A stretch of 64,000 nucleotides of DNA from Candidatus Binatia bacterium (GTDB lineage Bacteria > Desulfobacterota > Binatia > UBA1149 > JAJCZL01), in the NCBI GenBank assembly GCA_028278325.1, contig JANQEO010000361.1, positions 202 through 64,201 of the forward strand. The letters are read 5' to 3'. Each line of letters begins with the position of its first letter. Within the stretch, counting starts at the first letter, position 1. Below, piece after piece: positions 9,710 through 18,463 of the stretch. Made by a program: the position numbers and the translations under genes. The notes under the pieces were generated by a model. The model worked only from the letters and a program-made list of their open reading frames with translations, made no database searches and was not told the origin of the DNA.

Positions 9710-10864
9710 CTAAACACGGTGGTTTCTGGCATCCGCCATCAGCGCCGCCAGCAGCGACTCGTACCGATTGAGCACAGAGGCGGGCGCGTGGTGTCGCTCC
9801 GCATATGCCTTGCCCCGTCGTTCCCACTCCGATCGCGTCGCAGCATCGGCCGTTAGCGAGTCCAGGGTCCCAACCATCTCCGCAGGCGTATCCACCCGAA
9901 TACCCACTGGATCGCCATTCAGCCGCGCGCCGCTGTCGATGAAGGAAACCGTTGCCCTGCCACGCGCCCATGCCTGCAGAAACGTGTTCGGGAAGCCCTC
10001 GCTATCAGATGTATTGACGAACAGCATTGCATTGTCGAAATAGTGTCCGATCTCTGCGTACGGAACGAAGCCCTCGAAACGCAGATTCGGCAACGTGGCT
10101 GCACGCGAGCTCACCTGCTCGTAGAGAGCGCCTTCGCCGATGCTCGGGCCACCGACCATCACGAATTTAAGGTCCGGCAGTGCCTCCACGATGTCCAGGA
10201 AGACGTCCGGGCGCTTTACCTGTCGTATCATGCCGACCCACAGCACGTACGTACCGTGGGTACGGGCCGAGTTCGACCCTGCCGGTTGCATGTTCGGGAT
10301 CAGCTCGCTGCCGCGTCCGAACTCCTCAAGAACGTGGTTTGCCTGTTCTTCGGACTGCACGACGACCCGATCCACGTGCCGGGCACCGTAGCGAAACAAC
10401 CAGCGGTCGCGCCAGAAGCGAATCTTGGTCCGTCCTGCGACCGCGAACACAGACTTCCTGCGGTGCCGACGGCAAAAGGCCGCCGTCACGCCGGTCAGCA
10501 TGCTGGCAGCTCGCTGGTAATAGATGTCGGCATCGGCGAGTTTCATACTTCGCCAAAGACCGGCCAGCCTCGGCCAAAAAAACCGCAGCACCGGCAGGCC
10601 CGCGTCCGGGCGAAATGCGCGATGGACGGTAACGCCGTCAATCGTGCACGCTTCCGGCTGTCCGTAGTCGAGACAAATCATGCTCACCGGGTAGCCTCGT
10701 TCCGCCAAGCCCTTGGCGATTATCACCTGCTGCAATTCGGCGCCGCCGGCGAAGCGGATGGACGAGTCTTGCGCCAGCAGCGGATAGGCATGGGGTGCGA
10801 CGAAACACACGCTCGGTCGGCGACCGGCCGACGCTTGCCGTGCGCCAGCCCCGGCGCTTGTCAT
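9710..10864 (-). CDS. Glycosyltransferase family 4
   Basis: The product contains VCFVAPHAYPLL...GGAELQ at the N-terminus and FVNTSDSEGFPNTFLQAWARG in the C-terminal region. An ATGA start/stop overlap with the upstream gene lies at 10861-10864. Confidence 0.8.
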   Translation of the reverse strand: MTSAGAGARQASAGRRPSVCFVAPHAYPLLAQDSSIRFAGGAELQQVIIAKGLAERGYPVSMICLDYGQPEACTIDGVTVHRAFRPDAGLPVLRFFWPRLAGLWRSMKLADADIYYQRAASMLTGVTAAFCRRHRRKSVFAVAGRTKIRFWRDRWLFRYGARHVDRVVVQSEEQANHVLEEFGRGSELIPNMQPAGSNSARTHGTYVLWVGMIRQVKRPDVFLDIVEALPDLKFVMVGGPSIGEGALYEQVSSRAATLPNLRFEGFVPYAEIGHYFDNAMLFVNTSDSEGFPNTFLQAWARGRATVSFIDSGARLNGDPVGIRVDTPAEMVGTLDSLTADAATRSEWERRGKAYAERHHAPASVLNRYESLLAALMADARNHRV

Positions 10865-12180
10865 GAATGCCGGCTCGATTGGTAGTTGGCGGCCCGGATT
10901 GGCCCGCCTTGATGATGCATAACCGGCATCGGTGCATCGGTACGCGGCATCGCCTGATCCGCTAGGCTATTGACGGCAACTCGCATGCCGACTCCCATGT
11001 ATGCCCAGAGCAAGTATGCGGAGGTATTGTATTCAGAGAACACGATTGCGATCAGGAACCCTAGTAACCCAAAGATTAGAGCGAATAGCAGTTTCCCTTC
11101 CTCCTCGCCAAACGCGGGCCGAAGCGCACGCCTTGCAATGACCAGGATACGTGCGAACACCGACAGAAATAGCACCACGCCGATAGCTCCGAGGTTGTAC
11201 AAATAGAGCAAGTACATATTGTGCGGGGAGCGAAAGAACCTACCAGTCTCGTAGGCGTGGAAACCGAAACCCGTGAGGAAGGACAGAGGACTCTCGACCA
11301 TGGGCCGTAAAAGGGTTGCCCAGATCGTCGACCGGCCACTCGTCACGGCGTGACTGCCTCCACCGACGTTAGTCACGCGTTCAACGTACACCTCCGCATA
11401 TCCGGTTATGAACGTCACCGCAATCACAACAGCGACAACGAACATAGCGGCGGCGCCCGCCCGCACGACAACCCGCGTCGGAATGTAGCGGCGGAGAAAG
11501 ACCGCCGCAACAATCGAACCTACCAGCAAACCGGTGTAGGCGCCGCGAGAACCGGTCAGCACCAGCGCCACGATTGTCGATAACGCGCCAATGGCCGCCA
11601 GCAATCTGACATAGCCACGGTTAGAGGAAAGGAGCACCACGCTCCCTGGAACAAACAGCGCCAGAAACTGCCCGTAGCTATTCGGTTGGCCCAAAAAGCC
11701 CTCGAACCGACCGGCCTTCCTCGGCGTATCCAGGATACCAAGATTGGGTACGTTGAACGTGTCGACAATCGTGATGAAATTGCCAAGGACCACGATCCAA
11801 ATCGTCGCACGCATCAGCCACACGGCATCCCCAAGACGACTCATCCCGTAGAAGAAGATCAAAAAAGTTACGAGCTGGTCGATCAATGCACTCTTCAACG
11901 CGATTCCCGAAGCGCTCATACTGTAGTGCGGATTCGAGACGACGAATGCCAGTACGATCCATGAGAGCAAGGCGTACAGAACGAGCAACACAAAGGGAAT
12001 CACAATGGAAGGCAATTCGAAATCGCGATTGCGGGCGACCGCCGCCTCGACCGCAATACCAGCGAAAATGACATACAGCAAGAGATTCTTGGCACTTACG
12101 CCAGGCACCAGGCCCAAGTTGATCCCAAGGTCGTCGCCCATGTAGAGGAAAAAAAAGAAAAAAGCCATCAGGTAGCGCAT
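10861..12180 (-). CDS. O-antigen ligase/polymerase-like (Wzy_C-type) integral membrane protein
   Basis: The 439 aa product has about 10 or more hydrophobic segments. A central loop reads LVLTGSRGAYTGLLVGSIV...TSGRSTIW, which is typical of the Wzy_C / O-antigen ligase family. Confidence 0.8.
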   Translation of the reverse strand: MRYLMAFFFFFLYMGDDLGINLGLVPGVSAKNLLLYVIFAGIAVEAAVARNRDFELPSIVIPFVLLVLYALLSWIVLAFVVSNPHYSMSASGIALKSALIDQLVTFLIFFYGMSRLGDAVWLMRATIWIVVLGNFITIVDTFNVPNLGILDTPRKAGRFEGFLGQPNSYGQFLALFVPGSVVLLSSNRGYVRLLAAIGALSTIVALVLTGSRGAYTGLLVGSIVAAVFLRRYIPTRVVVRAGAAAMFVVAVVIAVTFITGYAEVYVERVTNVGGGSHAVTSGRSTIWATLLRPMVESPLSFLTGFGFHAYETGRFFRSPHNMYLLYLYNLGAIGVVLFLSVFARILVIARRALRPAFGEEEGKLLFALIFGLLGFLIAIVFSEYNTSAYLLWAYMGVGMRVAVNSLADQAMPRTDAPMPVMHHQGGPIRAANYQSSRHS

Positions 12181-12222
12181 CGCGTTAGCTCCTGTGGGCA
12201 GGCGGTCCGTTCTGGAATCGTA

Positions 12223-13167
12223 TCAGTTAACGATCTTCTCAACCGTGTACTCTTTTATGTCTCTCGCGTGCGTGAAGATGATCAGCTCGCCGAGCAAACC
12301 AAGCGCGAAGATCTGCAGGCCCAGTACGACCATTAACGAAGTCAGCAGCAGGGCCGGCCGGTCTGCCAGCGAAACACCGAAAAACAGCCGCTGCACGACA
12401 AGGTAGGCAAGAATCGCCCCGCCGACCGCGAACACGATGCTCCCGATCGTACCGAAAAAACGCAGTGGTTTCTTGGTGAAGCGCGTGAGGAACACGATGG
12501 CCAAAATGTCGAGCAGACGCGCAGCGTAATCCTTCACTCCGTGCCTGTCGTATATCAGCCCCTGCTCCGCTTCGCGCACAGGTACTTCTCTGACACGGAA
12601 GCCGCGCCGCGTTGCCAGCAGCGGAAAGAAACGATATTGGTCGCCGTAAATCGGCAGCTCGTCCGCGACGCTGCGTTTGAAGGCCCGTAGACCGCAACCG
12701 AGGTCGCGGAAGGATTGCCCGGTCGCGATTCGGACCAGCGAATGAAACAGCTTTCGCCGACCCTTCTTGAAGCGCGACACCGCTTCCTGATGAGGCTCGC
12801 GGACCCCCGCAGCGAAATCGCATCCGTCCAGCTCGTCGATGACTTTGGCTACGTCCGCCACATGGATCTGGGCGTAGGCCGGCAGTGTTACAACCGTGTT
12901 ACCCGAGCTCATCGCAAATCCCGCGGTCAGCGCGGTAGCCTCGCCGAAGTTCTTGGCCAGTTGCACTATGCGCAGTCGCCCGTCCTCGGCCGCGATTCCC
13001 CTGAGCTGTTCCAGCATTGCCGCGTGCTCGCCGTCGAGCACGTACACGAGTTCGAACGGTTTGCCGATGCCCTCGAAGATCTCTATATAGCGACGGGCAA
13101 GGTCGCCCGTTTTGTCGAGTAACTTGACAACCGGCACTATCGCCGAAATTTCCACACGCTCACTCAT
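12223..13167 (-). CDS. GT2 (GtrB/DPM1/ArnC-like) polyprenyl-phosphate glycosyltransferase paralogue lacking the canonical DXD
   Basis: The architecture matches the neighbouring GT2: a GT-A domain plus two C-terminal TM helices (FGTIGSIVFAVGGAILAYL, LLLTSLMVVLGLQIFALGLLGE). It has VLDGEHA where the neighbour has VDDGSVD. It has VTLPAYAQIHV where the neighbour has VTMDGDLQNDP. Confidence 0.8.
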   Translation of the reverse strand: MSERVEISAIVPVVKLLDKTGDLARRYIEIFEGIGKPFELVYVLDGEHAAMLEQLRGIAAEDGRLRIVQLAKNFGEATALTAGFAMSSGNTVVTLPAYAQIHVADVAKVIDELDGCDFAAGVREPHQEAVSRFKKGRRKLFHSLVRIATGQSFRDLGCGLRAFKRSVADELPIYGDQYRFFPLLATRRGFRVREVPVREAEQGLIYDRHGVKDYAARLLDILAIVFLTRFTKKPLRFFGTIGSIVFAVGGAILAYLVVQRLFFGVSLADRPALLLTSLMVVLGLQIFALGLLGELIIFTHARDIKEYTVEKIVN

Positions 13168-14168
13168 TGCGGCCCTTCCGCTCCTTTGCTGGCGCGCCTG
13201 CGGGCCTCACCTGACGGGTGGAACTCCCTGGCTGTAAGCAGCCGGGTAGCCGTCACGTCAAGATTGCCGGTGCGCTTGATGAGCTCTGCGAGCCCGCCGG
13301 TGAATACCAGGAAAATGCAGAGGATGCCGAAAAAGACGCCGGTGCCCGAAATCGGCAGTGACCCCTGCGTGCCCATGAGAAGGAGTCCAATCTGCCAGAC
13401 CAGTATCATGCAGGACAGCAAGAAAAACGGCAGAGCGAGCAGAGCAAACCACGTCAATGGGCGCTCAGCGAATCCCGAGACCATGCGGATGGTGAGTAAG
13501 TCAAACAGCACCTTGTAAACACGTGACAGGCCGTACTTGGACGAGCCGAACTGGCGTGCATGGTGGCGGACCTTGATCTCGGCCAATCTGGGGCCCGCCA
13601 TTGACGCCATCGCCGGAATAAAGCGGTGCATTTCACTGTAGAGCGGTACGTTCTTGATGACATTGGCACGGAAGCCCTTCAGCGAGCAGCCGTTGTCCTT
13701 GATCGGTACCCCGGTCACCTTGCCGATGATCCAGTTGGCGATGCGTGACGGAATCTTGCGTGAGATCAGCTTGTCCTGCCGGTTGAAGCGCCAACCCACG
13801 ACGATGTCGTAACCCTCGTCGAGCTTGTCGACAAAATGACGGATGTCGGCGGGATCATTCTGCAGGTCGCCATCCATCGTAACAATGTACTCTCCCCGGG
13901 CGAGGTCTATTCCGGCAGCCATGGCGGGCGTCTGGCCGTAATTGCGCCGAAACTTCACGACCCGAAGCCTCGGATCCTCTGCGGCCAACGCCTCTGCCCG
14001 GGCAAACGTAGCATCGACGCTACCGTCGTCCACGAATACAATCTCAGACCACCGGGAGATGCCTTCGAGCGAGCGGTCTATAGCCTCGTATAGCGGCCTC
14101 ACGCTATCCTGTTCATTGTAGAGTGGGACAACGACCGATAGATCCACGGTTCCTTTACTGGATTGCAT
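13164..14168 (-). CDS. GT2 (GtrB/DPM1/ArnC-like) polyprenyl-phosphate glycosyltransferase
   Basis: The product contains VVVPLYNEQDS, VFVDDGSVDAT, NYGQTPA, VTMDGDLQNDP and two C-terminal TM helices. An ATGA overlap with the downstream paralogue lies at 13164-13167. Confidence 0.85.
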   Translation of the reverse strand: MQSSKGTVDLSVVVPLYNEQDSVRPLYEAIDRSLEGISRWSEIVFVDDGSVDATFARAEALAAEDPRLRVVKFRRNYGQTPAMAAGIDLARGEYIVTMDGDLQNDPADIRHFVDKLDEGYDIVVGWRFNRQDKLISRKIPSRIANWIIGKVTGVPIKDNGCSLKGFRANVIKNVPLYSEMHRFIPAMASMAGPRLAEIKVRHHARQFGSSKYGLSRVYKVLFDLLTIRMVSGFAERPLTWFALLALPFFLLSCMILVWQIGLLLMGTQGSLPISGTGVFFGILCIFLVFTGGLAELIKRTGNLDVTATRLLTAREFHPSGEARRRASKGAEGPQ

Positions 14169-14891
14169 GCTGAATGAACGCGTCTAGTCTGTCAGTTGTT
14201 TGGAAGAATAGCAGGGCTGTTGCTCGGTTTTCCGACCCGTATCAATGCACGATGCCACAGTAGCAAGGATACTCACTGTCTACCCGGTCACATAGTGAAC
14301 TGTTAAAGCCGTCATCCGGCAAATCGACTCGGCAAATCAGCGATTCACCACGAGCCGATTTACGGGTGACAGCCCTAGTACTTTCGATATCCTGTGAGCT
14401 CAAACGGGGAGTCTCTCGTCCGTAACGCTTTGCCCCCCCATGCGCCATCCCACGCTCGTCGTCCCGCAACGACCGGTGCATACCTCGTCGAAAACCAAAG
14501 CCCCGACAATTTCAGACATGTTGCCCGTACTGCCGCGTTAGATGTCCCCTAGACTCCGGCAGCTAGCTGCAGTCGCGATCGCGAAACCAGCTTACTCAGT
14601 CAGCGGACGTACAACCAATTCTCCTGCGTCGATCTGAGGCGCAACTCTGAAAGACATGCGATTCTCGAGTATGAACGAATAGTTCCTTCTGTACGTCGGC
14701 TACCTCTTGCAGCCAATCTTTGACGCGACCGATCCAGAGATAGCCCGCTGCAACTCGTATTCCGACTCCTTATCGAATACAAGGCGAGTCGCTAGACTCC
14801 CGACTTATGGCGGACGTCTTGTTCTCTTGTTGGTGCTCCAGTCTTCTCAAGAATTGGAGCCTCCGAGAACTCCTGGATCGTACATAGTACG

Positions 14892-15620
14892 CTATTGTCG
14901 GAACTCCTTGTTCTTGACTCGTTCATACATCTGGAAGTCCCTGCGCATAAACTCTTTCAAGTCAGCGAGGAGCGCAGGAGACAGTTCATCTGCAAAGTTT
15001 TCCCCAGACCGAAAACGGTTCGCTCCGACCGTCCGGATGACCCTTCGTTTCGCAAAGTCCACCAACGCCTGCACTCGGCCAGCATTCGCCTGGACTGGCG
15101 AGGGATTCCTGTACGATACCGTCAGAGATTCACCGATTTTCTCGCTCATGTACTCGGCGAACTCATCAATATGTTCATAAAGAAAAATCGAGTCAACGCC
15201 TATTTGATCATCCTCATCCTTAACGAAGTCAAACTGGGGCCTGAACGATGCGTATGCCGGTGGATTTACGGACATATAGTCCTCGACAAACCTCGCAAAT
15301 GACATTCCGTAAGTGCTCGTCCCGTAACTCGGGTGGCTCGGGTTCCTGATTGCCAGCCGTGATCGAAACCGAAAGTGGCTATTTAGCCAGGACAACGGTT
15401 CCCGGACTAGACAGACCGTCTCCAGCGGCCGTTCTCCAATACTCTCTCGCAGGTACGGCCTGAGATACTGACTGAATGTCCTATAGCTTGTATGTCGCAG
15501 CGAGGGTTGACCACCCAAGACGACATTACAGTAGGGTAGCAATGCTGCTTCTATGGAGTTCGATGCGCATTTGGGTACCAGGATTAGCGCAAAGTTGAAT
15601 TCGGTGCTCACAAGCATCAC
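14892..15620 (-). CDS. Sulfotransferase family 2-like protein
   Basis: FALILVPKCASNSIEAAL resembles the PK(x)(G/A)S(T/S)S 5'-PSB loop. VCLVREPLSWLNSHFRF resembles the R-x-P-x-x-R/W-x-x-S 3'-PB motif. The gene lies in the low-GC island. Confidence 0.55.
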   Translation of the reverse strand: MMLVSTEFNFALILVPKCASNSIEAALLPYCNVVLGGQPSLRHTSYRTFSQYLRPYLRESIGERPLETVCLVREPLSWLNSHFRFRSRLAIRNPSHPSYGTSTYGMSFARFVEDYMSVNPPAYASFRPQFDFVKDEDDQIGVDSIFLYEHIDEFAEYMSEKIGESLTVSYRNPSPVQANAGRVQALVDFAKRRVIRTVGANRFRSGENFADELSPALLADLKEFMRRDFQMYERVKNKEFRQ

Positions 15621-16046
15621 ATTAGCCCAGCGAATAAATTCGTTCGATTCGGTCCACGCGGAATACGCCTAATCACGCGATCATTGATCGCTGTACAACT
15701 TCAATGCACTGCTGTATTCGATCCCATATCGCTACCTTGCGACGCAATCTTGGAGGATCTCGAAGGTCTGTGACAGAACACACTGTTGCGGCCTGACCCG
15801 CGTACCAGCTCTAGTGATTTCCAGGACTATACGTACCACGCGAACTATGCTCCAAGCTGCTGTTGTCATAATCTACAAAAGGCTGTGTGGTTGCTGATTG
15901 GAGTAGTGACGTCGCCAGGCGCAGACCTCGTCACGCGCATGCTTAGAGGCAGCTAAGGAAATGCTGCTTGAGAAACGGGTATTGAAAGCTAGCATCGAGC
16001 TCGAAAACGAATGCACTCCAGCCAGAGTACCGAAAAGTGCCAAGTC

Positions 16047-17996
16047 TCATCTGGAAGGTTCTGGCAGGCGTGAATAACGCCACACGCGAGTCGCTCCGTC
16101 ACGGCCAAGGAAAACTTCTTGGAAGCCGACCGCTTCCATAGTACTCCAGATTCCATCGCCGTAGTATCGCATCAGGTTGCCCTCGAGCTCCCCACTACCG
16201 ATAACAAGGACCTGCTTCCCACGGAACTCGGACAAGATGTTCCTCAGCATACTGCCCGACCAAATCTGAGGGACACCGGTATAGAGGTTAAGCATTCGAC
16301 CCTCCCGCATGAATGAAGAGTTTCTGCTTGTATTCAAGGAGCGCATGTAGTAGTCGATTCGGTCTCCAAGGTAGTAGACCTGCTGTTGTGTATCAACTGC
16401 AATGACAATGTCATCTTGGTCCAAGTGCTGTGCCAATACGAACTCCGCAGCACCTTTATGGTCCACTCCGCGATGCCCCGTCAGGCGAGGGAAATCTTCG
16501 TGCCGTGCATTTACGTTGTACCAGAAATCAGAGGGATTCACGAAGGCCAGAAGTACAATGATAGCAGCAGCTATGTAAGCAGCTCTAGGGAATCCAGGCA
16601 GTCGATCGCCAATGCGGTCGAACACTTCCACAACGGCGGCAAGAAGAGCGAGCAGAAACAGCGGCAAGAAACCGATGACGTAGCGGCTCGGAATGTACTG
16701 ACCAGCCAAGAACCCCATGAGGAGGAGGGGAGCGAAAACCGCCATCAAAAAGAACAGCATGTGGTCCGACACAGAGCTACCGCGGCTGAACTGCACAGCA
16801 AGATAGCTAAAGACCAGCCCGTAGATTATGACGCCAAGAGGAGAGTACCTGCTGAAGGAAAGATAGGTTTTTGGATAAGGCGTGCCTGCGAGAGACTCGA
16901 TCAAATCATTGATACTCTGCACTTCCGGGGACTGCCACAGCAGACGAGCGTGTACTACGAACAGCACTGCCAACAGTCCGCCGAGAGCTATCGGAACCTT
17001 CACTGAGCAACCGGCCCGAACGAAGAAAGCCGTTCCGAGCAGGAAGAACAAGCCCGCCAGGTGGTACTGCACGAGAACCCCAAACGTCACAGAGAACCCA
17101 AGGCAGACGACTGCAAGAAGGAGCCAAGTCGTTCCGACGACCGCCAGCTTCCGAATTCTCGCAATCACCAGGGCGGCGCCCGCCGCGAGCGCGGCCCCCA
17201 ACATGCCGACCATCATCGAAGCCAAGTCGATGGGAATAGCCAGCATACCTCCCGGCTCATCTTCCATCGGCGACTGGCGCTCCACCAGCGGAAAGTACTG
17301 CGAACCGATCCACTCGCTGAGCTGGCGCTCAACGAGCACGCAAGCCAAGAAGGCAACCCCACCGGCCAAGAGCATTGGCAAGGATCTTCTCACCAAGCCC
17401 GGGAAAAAGAAGAGCGGAATAGAAAACACGGCGAGGGCATGAAAAGACACCGCGAAGAGCGCAGCAGCAATTGACGAGAGAAAGGAGACGATGGATTTGG
17501 TACGCTCCCACCAAAACAGAGTTACCCCAAACAGCATGATGCAGGTAACGTAAACGCCGTACATCCTGGCCGTCTGGCTATGCTCGATCATGCAGGGTAG
17601 CAACGCAAATACAACGGCGAAGAAGAGTGCCCAGTACACGGACAAGAAACGCCTAGCGAGCCAAAATGCGATGAAGATACCGATACTACCGACAAGTGCT
17701 GAAGGCAGGCGCAGTGCCCATTCGGTGTCCCCGAATACTGACGTCGAAACAGACATCATCAGGAGCTGCGGCAGTGCACGAACATAGTGCATGCCACTCG
17801 GAAGGGTCGGAGATTGCGTCTCGACGAGTGCACGCGTTGCGAGCGCCATAACGTCTTCGTCGCCATGCAGGCCCAGCGTCCCCAGACCCCAGAATCGCAA
17901 GAAAGCTCCGCCAACAACGACGGCACCAAGCAGTGCCCAGTGCTGGATTAACATCTGATCCTCTGGAAAGGACTCAGACCATAGGGATCCCTTCAC
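16047..17996 (-). CDS. GT-C fold glycosyltransferase (ArnT/PMT_2, GT39/GT83-like) using a polyprenyl-phosphate-sugar donor
   Basis: The 649 aa product has about 12 or more TM segments. The N-terminal loop is RFWGLGTLGLHGDEDVMALATRAL (DE/DD motif), followed by GDTEWALRLPSALVGSIGIFIAFWLARR. There is a soluble C-terminal domain. Confidence 0.72.
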   Translation of the reverse strand: MKGSLWSESFPEDQMLIQHWALLGAVVVGGAFLRFWGLGTLGLHGDEDVMALATRALVETQSPTLPSGMHYVRALPQLLMMSVSTSVFGDTEWALRLPSALVGSIGIFIAFWLARRFLSVYWALFFAVVFALLPCMIEHSQTARMYGVYVTCIMLFGVTLFWWERTKSIVSFLSSIAAALFAVSFHALAVFSIPLFFFPGLVRRSLPMLLAGGVAFLACVLVERQLSEWIGSQYFPLVERQSPMEDEPGGMLAIPIDLASMMVGMLGAALAAGAALVIARIRKLAVVGTTWLLLAVVCLGFSVTFGVLVQYHLAGLFFLLGTAFFVRAGCSVKVPIALGGLLAVLFVVHARLLWQSPEVQSINDLIESLAGTPYPKTYLSFSRYSPLGVIIYGLVFSYLAVQFSRGSSVSDHMLFFLMAVFAPLLLMGFLAGQYIPSRYVIGFLPLFLLALLAAVVEVFDRIGDRLPGFPRAAYIAAAIIVLLAFVNPSDFWYNVNARHEDFPRLTGHRGVDHKGAAEFVLAQHLDQDDIVIAVDTQQQVYYLGDRIDYYMRSLNTSRNSSFMREGRMLNLYTGVPQIWSGSMLRNILSEFRGKQVLVIGSGELEGNLMRYYGDGIWSTMEAVGFQEVFLGRDGATRVWRYSRLPEPSR

Positions 17997-18463
17997 TTGG
18001 ACGTCCCGAAACTAGATCAAATCGAATACGAAGAATGCCAAACTCTCTGGCCGGGACTGTATCTCCAGCCGCCTACACGCCTGCCAGATCGAACACCGAT
18101 AGGGTCACCTCACCGCTACGCAACTGCCTGCCTGTGACGCTAGGCATCCACTCTTCGAACAGCCACCGCAGCTGATTTGACATTCACTCCGTCCGTTTGC
18201 AGAGACCGGCTGCTTTATTGGCTCTTTAAAGCCGACCAGTTCCGAACCTCAAGCGGAGTCGCAGAGTTGGCTAATCGGCAATGTCATACCTGGTGGATGC
18301 CCAATTGAGCAAGACGGCTGGCCGCCATGTATGTCAGAGAGTCTCGCGTGGCAAGGCAAATAGAACTCTGCCCTAGCGGTCTCGCCCTAAGTAACCGTCA
18401 TCTTGTCAGCATGCCGACTCTCAGCCCCAAATATAAGCCAAACAGGCTGACAAGTGATGATGC

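Noticed and set aside
14242-14481. 79 aa minus-strand ORF with a Cys-containing tail (CRVDLPDDGFNSSLCDRVDSEYPCYCGIVH) in the island spacer.
   Set aside because: It has no recognisable family and no clear RBS, and it lies in a spacer where random ORFs of this size are expected. Evidence is insufficient to call a gene.
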